Shown here one piece after another: positions 50,137-57,889 of a stretch of 64,000 nucleotides of DNA (its first letter is position 1; each line of letters starts with the position of its first letter). The stretch covers positions 4,896,001 through 4,960,000 of the forward strand of contig OZ252299.1 of assembly GCA_965250285.1 (NCBI GenBank), given 5' to 3'. Made by a program: the position numbers and the translations under genes. Under the pieces are notes generated by a model that was not told the origin of the DNA, did not search any database, and saw only the letters and a program-made list of their open reading frames with translations. The stretch comes from Myxococcota bacterium. Its GTDB lineage: Bacteria > Myxococcota_A > UBA9160 > UBA4427.

Positions 50137-50901
50137 TCAGCGAAGCGTGAGCGCGACGAGTGTGGCGATCGAGCCGATCGCCAGGCTGCCATCCATCCAC
50201 CACAGGCGAGTGCGTTCGCTCGGAGCCGAGTGGGCAAGGCCGATCGCCTGGGCTGCGGGCACGAACGCGAGCGACCTGGCTTCGGGCGCGCCCGAGAGCG
50301 CGAGCCCGAAGCCGGTCACGGCCGCCGCTCGCGCGATCCAGAGCGCTCGCGAAGGGCCACGCGGCGAGTTCGACGCGAGCAGATTGGCGAAGAGCGCGAG
50401 TGCGGTGGCGGCGCTCACCGTCGCGAGTGTCCGGGGGGCGACCTGGCTCGTCGGCAACACCGCGGGCAGACCGACGACAACGGCCCACCACGCCGCGGTG
50501 AGGTACGCGATCTTGAACGCCGGCCGCGTCTTGAGCCGGCGATGAAAGAAGCCCAGAACGGCGACCGCCGCGCACACCCCCCACACGATCGGGGGTTGCA
50601 GCCAGGCGCAGCCGACGGCAGCGAGTGCCGCGCCGCCGATCGCGACACGAAGCGCGCGGGCGTGTCGTTCGGCGAAGGCGGCGCGCTCGGGCCAGACGCT
50701 GCGGTCGCGTGCCGCGCCCCGCACCCGGTCGGTGCCGTACACGACGAAGGTGCCCGAACACGCGAGCCCGATCAGCGCGGCGGCGCTCGTCGCGTCGGTC
50801 GCGGGGGCGAGCAGCCGCAGGTGGACCGTGACGAGCAGGCCGGCGACGCCGGCGGCGACGAGGCCAGAGAAGGCAAGCGGATCGAGGAGCGCGGCGCGCA
50901 T
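50137..50901 (-). CDS. UbiA-like membrane protein (prenyltransferase superfamily, degenerate)
   Basis: Multi-TM; FVVYGTDRVRG...DR..WPER resembles the first UbiA Asp-rich motif; RLK.RPAFK loop. Confidence 0.55.
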   Translation of the reverse strand: MRAALLDPLAFSGLVAAGVAGLLVTVHLRLLAPATDATSAAALIGLACSGTFVVYGTDRVRGAARDRSVWPERAAFAERHARALRVAIGGAALAAVGCAWLQPPIVWGVCAAVAVLGFFHRRLKTRPAFKIAYLTAAWWAVVVGLPAVLPTSQVAPRTLATVSAATALALFANLLASNSPRGPSRALWIARAAAVTGFGLALSGAPEARSLAFVPAAQAIGLAHSAPSERTRLWWMDGSLAIGSIATLVALTLR

Positions 50902-51018
50902 CGGGGCGTCTCCTCGAGCGCGGGGCACATGGGAGGCGGTGAGAGAATACGACCCGATCGAAGCGGCGCTAGGCTGTCGGGATGTGACCGGGCCCGAGCC
51001 CGGCGGTGAGGCCAGGGC

Positions 51019-51240
51019 ATGTGGGTATCGAAGGTCAGTGAGCTGATCGGTTCGTCGACCGAGAGCTTCGAAGACGCGGCGGCGAGCGTGCTCGCGCGTG
51101 CGAACCGCACACTGCGCGGCATCACTGGCATCGAGGTGACGTCGAAGAGGCTGAAGGTCGTGGACGGCGAGATCGCCGAGTACCGTGTCCAGATTCGGCT
51201 GCTCTTCGACGTCGCGACGCAGGCCGACCAGCACTGGTAG
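51019..51240 (+). CDS. dodecin family flavin-binding protein
   Basis: KVSELIGSSTESFEDA...RANRTLRGI...IAEYRV. Confidence 0.88.
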   Translation: MWVSKVSELIGSSTESFEDAAASVLARANRTLRGITGIEVTSKRLKVVDGEIAEYRVQIRLLFDVATQADQHW

Positions 51241-51308
51241 CGCGCTGCGTTCTGGCCTCGGGCCTTGGGCACGCTGCGCCGTGCCGATGAAAGGGAGAGG
51301 AAAGCCGG

Positions 51309-51518
51309 ATGGCGGTGGCATCGGTCTCGACGATCACGTCGGCTTCGCCCGAGAGCTGGCAGCACGCGGTGGAGCAGGGGCTCGCGCGCGCGCGGCAGAC
51401 CCTGCGCGGCATCACCGGCATCAAGGTGATCGACGAGCGCGCTCGAGTCGATGACGGCGAGATCGTCGAGTTCCTCGTGACCCTCCAGGTGATTTTCCTG
51501 CTGGAAGATGACGACTGA
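51309..51518 (+). CDS. dodecin family flavin-binding protein (second paralog)
   Basis: SPESWQHAVEQGLARARQTLRGI...VEFLVTLQVIF. Confidence 0.85.
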   Translation: MAVASVSTITSASPESWQHAVEQGLARARQTLRGITGIKVIDERARVDDGEIVEFLVTLQVIFLLEDDD

Positions 51519-52617
51519 AGCGCCCGCGATCCGCACGTCGCCCGCCGTCGTCACGGCCGGCGACAGCCGTGCCGCCAAGGCGATCCACGGCGAGAGCAAG
51601 GTGTTCCTCGAGATCGAGGGCATCGCGCTGGTCGCTCACGTCGTGCTCACGCTGCAGCAGGTGCCCGAGATCGACTCGGTCTGGGTCGTGGGCAATCGCG
51701 AACGGTTGCGCGCCGTCTTCGATGATCCGCGCGTCGCCGAGCGCCTGACCAAGCCGCTGCATCTGATCGAACAGCTCGAGAGTCTGCTCGCGAACGCCTG
51801 GGAGGCGTATCGCTGCGTGCTGTCTGGGGACCCGGCACAGGGGCGCGACCCCGTGAGCGAAGCCGATCTCGACACCGAGGTGCTCTTTCTCTCGGGCGAC
51901 CTGCCCTTCGCCACGCCGCAGGAGATCTCGGCCTTCATCCAGACGAGCCGCACCAACGGCTCGAACTACACCTGCGGTCTCACCACCAAAGAGGCACTGG
52001 CGCCCTTTCGAAGCGAAGAGGTCGGGGGCGACGGCATCGATGTCGCGTTCTTCAACCTGCGCGACGGGCGCTTTCGCCAGAACAACCTGCACTACGCCCA
52101 GCCGGCGCGGATCGGCGTGCTGCAAGCGATCGAAGAGATGTACGAGCATCGCTACCAGCAGAAGGTCTGGAACATGCTCGGCTTCGCGTGGACGGTGCTC
52201 ACCGCCAAGGGCGGTGGCTTTCGAGTCGTCTTCTTCTATTCGGTGATGCACATGTCGGGCTGGTTCGATCGCAAGGGTCTACGCGGCATCGCCGACGCGC
52301 TGCGTGTCGTCACCATCGCCATGAACGAGGAGGCGATCAGCGCGATGATGCAGACGCGCTTTCGTTTCGGCGTGACGCAGGTCGGCGGCTGTGGCATCGA
52401 CATCGACACCGAGGAAGAGTACGCGGCGGCGCAGAACCACTTCGAGCGCTGGCGCCGCGAGCAGGCCGAGATCACGGCCGCGACCTACGGCCCGCCAGGG
52501 CTCCCTGCTCGCATCGATGGCGCGCCGCAGGCGGTGACGGCGAGCAGGACCGACGAGGCCGTCGGTGGCATCGAAGCTCGGGCGCCCGATGATGAGGGCC
52601 GCGGAGGACGAGCATGA
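51508..52617 (+). CDS. nucleotidyltransferase family protein (MobA-like GT-A fold)
   Basis: VVTAGDSRAAK...ESKVFLEIEG, LSGDLPF, DIDTEEE. Confidence 0.72.
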   Translation: MTTEAPAIRTSPAVVTAGDSRAAKAIHGESKVFLEIEGIALVAHVVLTLQQVPEIDSVWVVGNRERLRAVFDDPRVAERLTKPLHLIEQLESLLANAWEAYRCVLSGDPAQGRDPVSEADLDTEVLFLSGDLPFATPQEISAFIQTSRTNGSNYTCGLTTKEALAPFRSEEVGGDGIDVAFFNLRDGRFRQNNLHYAQPARIGVLQAIEEMYEHRYQQKVWNMLGFAWTVLTAKGGGFRVVFFYSVMHMSGWFDRKGLRGIADALRVVTIAMNEEAISAMMQTRFRFGVTQVGGCGIDIDTEEEYAAAQNHFERWRREQAEITAATYGPPGLPARIDGAPQAVTASRTDEAVGGIEARAPDDEGRGGRA

Positions 52618-53630
52618 GCGCGAGCGAAACCCAGGGCGGAGATCCCCGAGCGACGGCGGGCCTGTTTCGCCTGGCGCATGCGGGGCTCGTCGAGGTCAGC
52701 GGTGACGACCGCGCGACCTGGCTCAACGGCATGATCAGCAACGAGGTCGAGGCCCTCACCCTCGGCCGATCGGGTTCGGGCTGTCATGCGGCGCTGCTGA
52801 CCAATCGCGGCGCCATCATCGCCGATCTACGCGTCGTGCTGCGCGAGGACGGCTTCTGGCTGCTCGTCGAACGCGACGCCCTCGAGGCGGCGCTCACGGC
52901 CCTCGACAAGTTCATCGTCGCCGACGACGTGGCGCTCGCCGACGCGAGCGCCCGCTACGTCCAGTGGAGCCTCGAGGGGCCGGCGGGCGCGGCGGTGCTC
53001 GACGCGGTCGGGGTCGACTCGACGCTCGAGGCCGATGCCGCCATCGATGTCACGATCGCCGGTGTCTCGGTGACGCTGGTCGCCACCGGCGTGTCGGGCG
53101 AGTGGGCCCGTCGTCTGATTGCGCCCGTCGACGGGGCCGATGCCGTCGAAGCCGCTCTGCGCGAGGCCGGCGGAGCCCATGGGCTCGTGGTCGGCGATCC
53201 CGACACGCTCGAGATGCTGCGGATCGAGGCCGGCACACCGCGCCAGGGGCTCGAGCTCGACGACGTCCTGCCTGACGAGGCGCGACTCGATTCGGCGATC
53301 TCGACGACCAAGGGCTGCTACGTCGGTCAGGAGATCGTTGCGCGTCTTCGCTCGCGGGGGCAGGTCAACCATCTGCTGGTCGGGTTGCGTTTCGACGGCG
53401 CCGCGCCCGCGGTGGGCGCGACGCTGACGGCGGGCGACAAGCGCACGGGTGAGATCACGAGCGTGGCGCGCTCGCCCCGTGTGGGTGAGATCGCGCTCGG
53501 CTTCGTGCGACGTGAACACAGCGAGCCCGGCACCCGCGTCGACGCGGACGGCCTCGAAGGCATCGTGTCGACATTGCCCTTCGTCGCGCCGGCCCACGCC
53601 GGCTCATCCGCGGGCGAGCGCGCCGATTGA
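52614..53630 (+). CDS. ygfZ: YgfZ/GcvT-family folate-binding protein
   Basis: VSGDDRATWLNGMISN, LRIEAG, signature KGCYVGQE. Confidence 0.85.
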   Translation: MSASETQGGDPRATAGLFRLAHAGLVEVSGDDRATWLNGMISNEVEALTLGRSGSGCHAALLTNRGAIIADLRVVLREDGFWLLVERDALEAALTALDKFIVADDVALADASARYVQWSLEGPAGAAVLDAVGVDSTLEADAAIDVTIAGVSVTLVATGVSGEWARRLIAPVDGADAVEAALREAGGAHGLVVGDPDTLEMLRIEAGTPRQGLELDDVLPDEARLDSAISTTKGCYVGQEIVARLRSRGQVNHLLVGLRFDGAAPAVGATLTAGDKRTGEITSVARSPRVGEIALGFVRREHSEPGTRVDADGLEGIVSTLPFVAPAHAGSSAGERAD

Positions 53631-54349
53631 CCGGCGTGGGCCCGGCCTCGCGCGGTGCGTTGATCGTGCTCGCGAAGGCGCCGCGTCCGGGGCTCGTCAA
53701 GACGCGGATGTGTCCACCGCTCACGCCCGAGCAAGCCGCCGACTTCTACGCCTGCATGCTCGAGGACGTGTTGGCTGCGAGCCTCGTGCACGCGCGCGCG
53801 CTCGGGCTCGAGCCCTGGCTTGCCGTTCATCCGACCGATGCGCTCGGCGAGATGGCCGATCGCGCGCCGGGCTCGTTTCGGGTCTTTCGCCAGCGCGGAG
53901 AGGATCTCGCGGTGCGCATGGATTGGGTGACTCGCGAAGCCTGCGCATCGGGCTGCGAGCGCGTGATCCTGCGCGGGAGCGACAACCCGACGCTCGATCT
54001 CGAACAGGTGCGCGAAACGCTTGGCCTGCTCGATCGACACGACGTCGTGTTGACACCGGATCGTGACGGTGGGTACGGCATGATCGGGCTCCGACAGCCC
54101 GACCCCGGGCTCTTCGAACATGAAATGAGCTCGAATCGTCTGTTGGACGAGACGGTCAACGCCGCGCGCGCCCGTGGCCTCGACGTCGCCCTGGGCGCGA
54201 CGGGATTCGACCTCGATTCGATCGAAGATTTCGCGCTGCTCGATGACTGGAGGCAGGTGCGCGACGAGACGCACATGTGTGCGAGAACCGTCGCCTGGAT
54301 CGAAGAACATGCGCTGTGGCCGGCCCGTTCGGGTCGAATCAGAACTTAG
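53627..54349 (+). CDS. DUF2064/TIGR04282-type glycosyltransferase (CofC-like GT-A fold)
   Basis: LAKAPRPGLVKTRM, QRGEDLAVRM, GSDNP, PDRDGGYGMIG, DLDSIED. Confidence 0.85.
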   Translation: MTGVGPASRGALIVLAKAPRPGLVKTRMCPPLTPEQAADFYACMLEDVLAASLVHARALGLEPWLAVHPTDALGEMADRAPGSFRVFRQRGEDLAVRMDWVTREACASGCERVILRGSDNPTLDLEQVRETLGLLDRHDVVLTPDRDGGYGMIGLRQPDPGLFEHEMSSNRLLDETVNAARARGLDVALGATGFDLDSIEDFALLDDWRQVRDETHMCARTVAWIEEHALWPARSGRIRT

Positions 54350-54682
54350 CGAACACGTTCTCGTATCACTGTGTCGACGCTTGCGCGCACTCTTTTTCTC
54401 TTTTGATCCCGCGCAGCTACGCCGAGCACCCGGTGTTCTTGTCGCCTCGACGCCAAGATGGCGCGTCGTCGCAAGCCGAAGTGTGAAGAGATTCGCTGAC
54501 TCCGATCACCCTTCGAATCCGACGAAAGATGCACCCATCGACGCTCGCAAAGCCTTTCCAACCGTGCGCCATGCGGATATGGTTCGACGTCGCGTACCGA
54601 GGTCAGGGAGGGTTCCCTACCCCGGACGCACCGGGAAATGCGATCGGCGTCACACGAAGGCACCCGTCGATCGCGCACGGCT

Positions 54683-54728
54683 TCGAAGCAAGACATCGAA
54701 GCAAGACATCGAAGCTAGACATCGAAGC
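54683..54728. repeat. 13-bp tandem repeat x3.5 (TCGAAGCWAGACA)
   Basis: Read directly; intergenic. Confidence 0.85.
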
Positions 54729-55454
54729 GTCGTTCCCGGCAACAGAGGTCGGTCACCGCCTTTCCTGGTGACGAAGGGATGGACGAGCTTGAATCAATCC
54801 TTCGAGGCTTAGCGGCACCGGGCGGTACATCGACCGCACCAGCCACGAGGTTCTCGACGGGCAACGGCTTCGCTCCGTTCCCGAGCTAGCGGCACAACGC
54901 AATCGCACGATCCCGAGAGCCCGAGCGGGCTCAGGCAACGAGAGATCAAGCGTCTTGCGAGCGACACCCCCCAGAAAGAAAAGGCTCTGCTGCCCCCCGC
55001 TGCATGGCTTTGGTGCTTCCTGAAACGCAGGAAGCGTTGGGTGTTCTCGAAGCCACCGGTCTTGCCGGTGGCACTGACGCGAAGGTCGTCCGTCGTCGGA
55101 TGGCCGGGTCTGGTCTGCCAGGGAGAGATGCGTGCGTCTCGTCCAGCCGATGATCGTGAACGTCGCCGCCGGGCCGATGGCCCGCACGGCTGCATTCACC
55201 ATCACAGCGCAGTCTGAAAGCGTTCGTGTTTCGCTCGATGCGTCGAGCGAGCGAATGCGCCCGTCCGCCCGCGTGCCGGTGAGTTCCGGCAACGCACAGG
55301 CCCCCGTGTCCCTGCAGATCCCCCACCCCGTCTTTCGTGCTCTCCACGGCGGAGAGCCGGAGGGCGTCCTCACACCGATCGGTCCGACCGATCGTGGGGA
55401 CGCAGCGGTCGCTCAATGTCGGGCGACCCGATCCAATCCACAGGGAGAAACACG

Positions 55455-56729
55455 ATGCGATCCATGACCAGGATGATCGCCCTCGCTAGTGCTTGCCTTC
55501 TGGCAGTGTCTGGTGTGGCGATCGCAAACGAAGACGTCGACGCCCAGCTGCAGCAGCTGAACGAGCGCATGGAGCAGCTCGAGGGCGAGCTCGACGCAGC
55601 CAACGCCAAGGTCGAGGCGCAGGAAGAGGCGCTCGAAGATGCGCGGCCGGGCAGCAACGCGCTGTCGTCGTACATCGAGTCGACCGAGATCAGCGCCTGG
55701 GTGGCGGCCAGCTACAACATCAACTTCCGCAACCCCGACAAGACTGCCGGCAGCGTTGGCAATACCAACTACGGCTCGTTCGGCGGCACCTACAACCTGT
55801 TCTTCCCCGAGTCGAACACGGTGCAGCTCGACCAGGCCTGGATCGGCATCAACAAGGCGCCGACCGAGGAGTCGCGCGGCGGCTACAACCTCGACCTCGT
55901 CGGCGGTGCGGCAGCCAACGGTGCGACGTTCAACACGGGCGGAACCGACACTCCGTACTCGCTCGGCATCTACGCCGCATCGGCCAGCTACATGATGCCG
56001 ATCATGGACGGCTTCACGATCGAGGGTGGTCTCATCCCGACGTGGCAGGGCGCTGAGGTGGCGCAGATCACCCAGAACCTGAACATCATCCGCGGCATTC
56101 AGTGGAACACCCAGCCGGTCACGAACCTCGGCTTCACCGGCGCCCTCGACATGGGCGGCGGCTTCGTGGTCATGGTCGGTATGCTGAACAACTCGCTCGG
56201 CCTCGACGGTCCCCAGGACACGAACAACAACAAGGCCGTGACGTCGCGCGTGAACTACAGCGCCGACAAGTTCAGCATCGGGGCTGGCGTCAACTTCGGC
56301 AAGAACGACGTCACGACGGGCGCGCAGAAGCACCTGCTCTTCAACGCCCTCGCCTCGATCGACCCGACCGACAACCTGACCGCGTACGTCGACTACACGA
56401 TGAACGTGGGCAAGGGCGGCGGTCTCGATGCCAAGGTGCACGCGATCTCGATCGCGAGCCGGCTGGCCGTGCTCGACACCACGGGCATCGCGGTCCGCGG
56501 CGAGTACCTGAAGGACGACGATGGTCTGCTGTTCGCCGGTGGCGGCAAGGGCTGGACGGTCACGGGCACGATCGACCACTCGCTGACCGACAACCTCAAG
56601 ACCAACATCGAGGTCAAGTACGACGGTGCCGACTCGAGCAGCGGCGGCGGCTTCTGGAACAGCTCTGGCACGGCCTTCAGCGCTGATGGCCAGGTCATCG
56701 GCCTGATCCAGCTGGTCTACGAGTTCTAG
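55455..56729 (+). CDS. outer-membrane beta-barrel porin (BBP2-like) with N-terminal coiled coil
   Basis: Signal peptide, coiled coil, amphipathic strands, AVRGEYLKD, C-terminal QLVYEF. Confidence 0.82.
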   Translation: MRSMTRMIALASACLLAVSGVAIANEDVDAQLQQLNERMEQLEGELDAANAKVEAQEEALEDARPGSNALSSYIESTEISAWVAASYNINFRNPDKTAGSVGNTNYGSFGGTYNLFFPESNTVQLDQAWIGINKAPTEESRGGYNLDLVGGAAANGATFNTGGTDTPYSLGIYAASASYMMPIMDGFTIEGGLIPTWQGAEVAQITQNLNIIRGIQWNTQPVTNLGFTGALDMGGGFVVMVGMLNNSLGLDGPQDTNNNKAVTSRVNYSADKFSIGAGVNFGKNDVTTGAQKHLLFNALASIDPTDNLTAYVDYTMNVGKGGGLDAKVHAISIASRLAVLDTTGIAVRGEYLKDDDGLLFAGGGKGWTVTGTIDHSLTDNLKTNIEVKYDGADSSSGGGFWNSSGTAFSADGQVIGLIQLVYEF

Positions 56730-56747
56730 ACCACCCGTCGGTGGATT

Positions 56748-56788
56748 GGTGTCGGCGCGGCGGGGCTCGCCCCCGTCGCGCCTTCACC
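56748..56788. terminator. hairpin between convergent genes
   Basis: GGCGCGGCGGGG-CTCGC-CCCCGTCGCGCC; no clear U-tract. Confidence 0.45.
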
Positions 56789-57039
56789 GAACCCCGCACT
56801 GGTCGGCGCCCGCCTCAAAAAGGGGTGTCGACGAGATGCGCGAGCAAGCGGCCTGGCGGCCCGAGCTCGACCGACACGCTGCGAGCGCCGAACGCAACGA
56901 GGGCGCTCTGCCCCACTCGCATCCCCATTCGGGGTCATGCGTGTGGCGCAGAGCGCCCTCGTCGTTTGGGAGCGGCCGCGCTGCGAGCGGCCGTTGCTCG
57001 ATCGAGGGGCCGGCCCACGCCGGACCCCCGCCGCCTGGA

Positions 57040-57414
57040 TCAGATGGTCCAGGTCGGGGTGATCTCGAGCTTCTCCATCTTCGAGTAGAGCGTGCGTCGA
57101 CCGATGCCGAGCATGCGTGCGGCCGCGCTGCGGTTGCCCTTGCATGCACGGAGCGCCTGGGTGATTCGCCAGGCCTCGGCGAGGTCGAGCCATGCGCGCA
57201 GCGTGTCGAGGCGTTCGCCTTCACGCTCGAGGCGGCTCGCGTGCTGAAGGAACCGCGCGAACTCTTCGCTCGCACTGAAGTTACCCGGAACCGATGCGTC
57301 GGCCCCGTTGAGGGGGTTGGACTCGTGACCCAGGGGCTGGGTCGCCTGCTCATCGACGACGCGCAGCGGCTTGGTGGCGGGTCTGTCGAACGGGGTGTCG
57401 TTGGTCATGCTCAC
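57040..57414 (-). CDS. small Fis-type (HTH_8) DNA-binding protein
   Basis: AEAWRITQALRACKGNRSAAARMLGIGRRTLYSKMEKL; no AAA+ or REC domain. Confidence 0.82.
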   Translation of the reverse strand: MSMTNDTPFDRPATKPLRVVDEQATQPLGHESNPLNGADASVPGNFSASEEFARFLQHASRLEREGERLDTLRAWLDLAEAWRITQALRACKGNRSAAARMLGIGRRTLYSKMEKLEITPTWTI

Positions 57415-57532
57415 TGAGGAATCCTCGAATGGGACCGAGATAGGGCGTGGATCTCGGCCCGGTTGCGGGGTGTTTCACCGGAAGCACCCCAAGCCGAGAC
57501 GCCACGAGACGTCCCGACTCGAACCCCCGTTT

Positions 57533-57549
57533 TGCAAGGGCCGTTCCCA
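57533..57549 (-). promoter_or_regulatory. sigma54 -24/-12 promoter candidate
   Basis: Minus strand TGGGAACGGCCCTTGCA has GG-N10-GC with TTGCA. Confidence 0.6.
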
Positions 57550-57674
57550 GTTTTCATCCCCGAGGGCTGTCCGGTTTTCGCATCACGTCCGCGCGCTGTG
57601 GGGCATGTTGGCGAGCAGACGCGATCATGTGTCTCGACCCGAAGACCGGCTCGGAGCCGGTTTGAGCCGCGCGT

Positions 57675-57713
57675 TGCGCACCCGCTGAGCAGACTCTGCC
57701 CAATGCCTGTGCA
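57675..57713. promoter_or_regulatory. tandem NtrC-like enhancer boxes
   Basis: TGCGC-N7-GAGCA (57675-91) and TGCCC-N7-GTGCA (57697-713), 22 bp apart, about 130-165 bp upstream of the sigma54 site. Confidence 0.55.
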
Positions 57714-57889
57714 GGGATCGGCACGAGCCCACGGCCGGGCGCAACTCGTCGCTCGTGCGGCCATCGGTTGTGCGAGAAAGTGCGCAACCCTGGGCGTGTT
57801 GCGGGGTTCGAGCCAACGTGGCCCGACCTTCGCGCGTGCGGGCCCAACCTTCGCTCGTGAGTGAATGCGTGCCCGCTGGAGAGCACTCG

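Noticed and set aside
49974..50140. Integrative element at tRNA-Ala
   Set aside because: No integrase and no duplicated tRNA 3' end seen.
54570..54620. tmRNA, RNase P RNA or group II intron in the long intergenic region
   Set aside because: GGTTCGAC occurs, but the tRNA-like ends, GAGGAAAGTCC and domain V signatures are absent.
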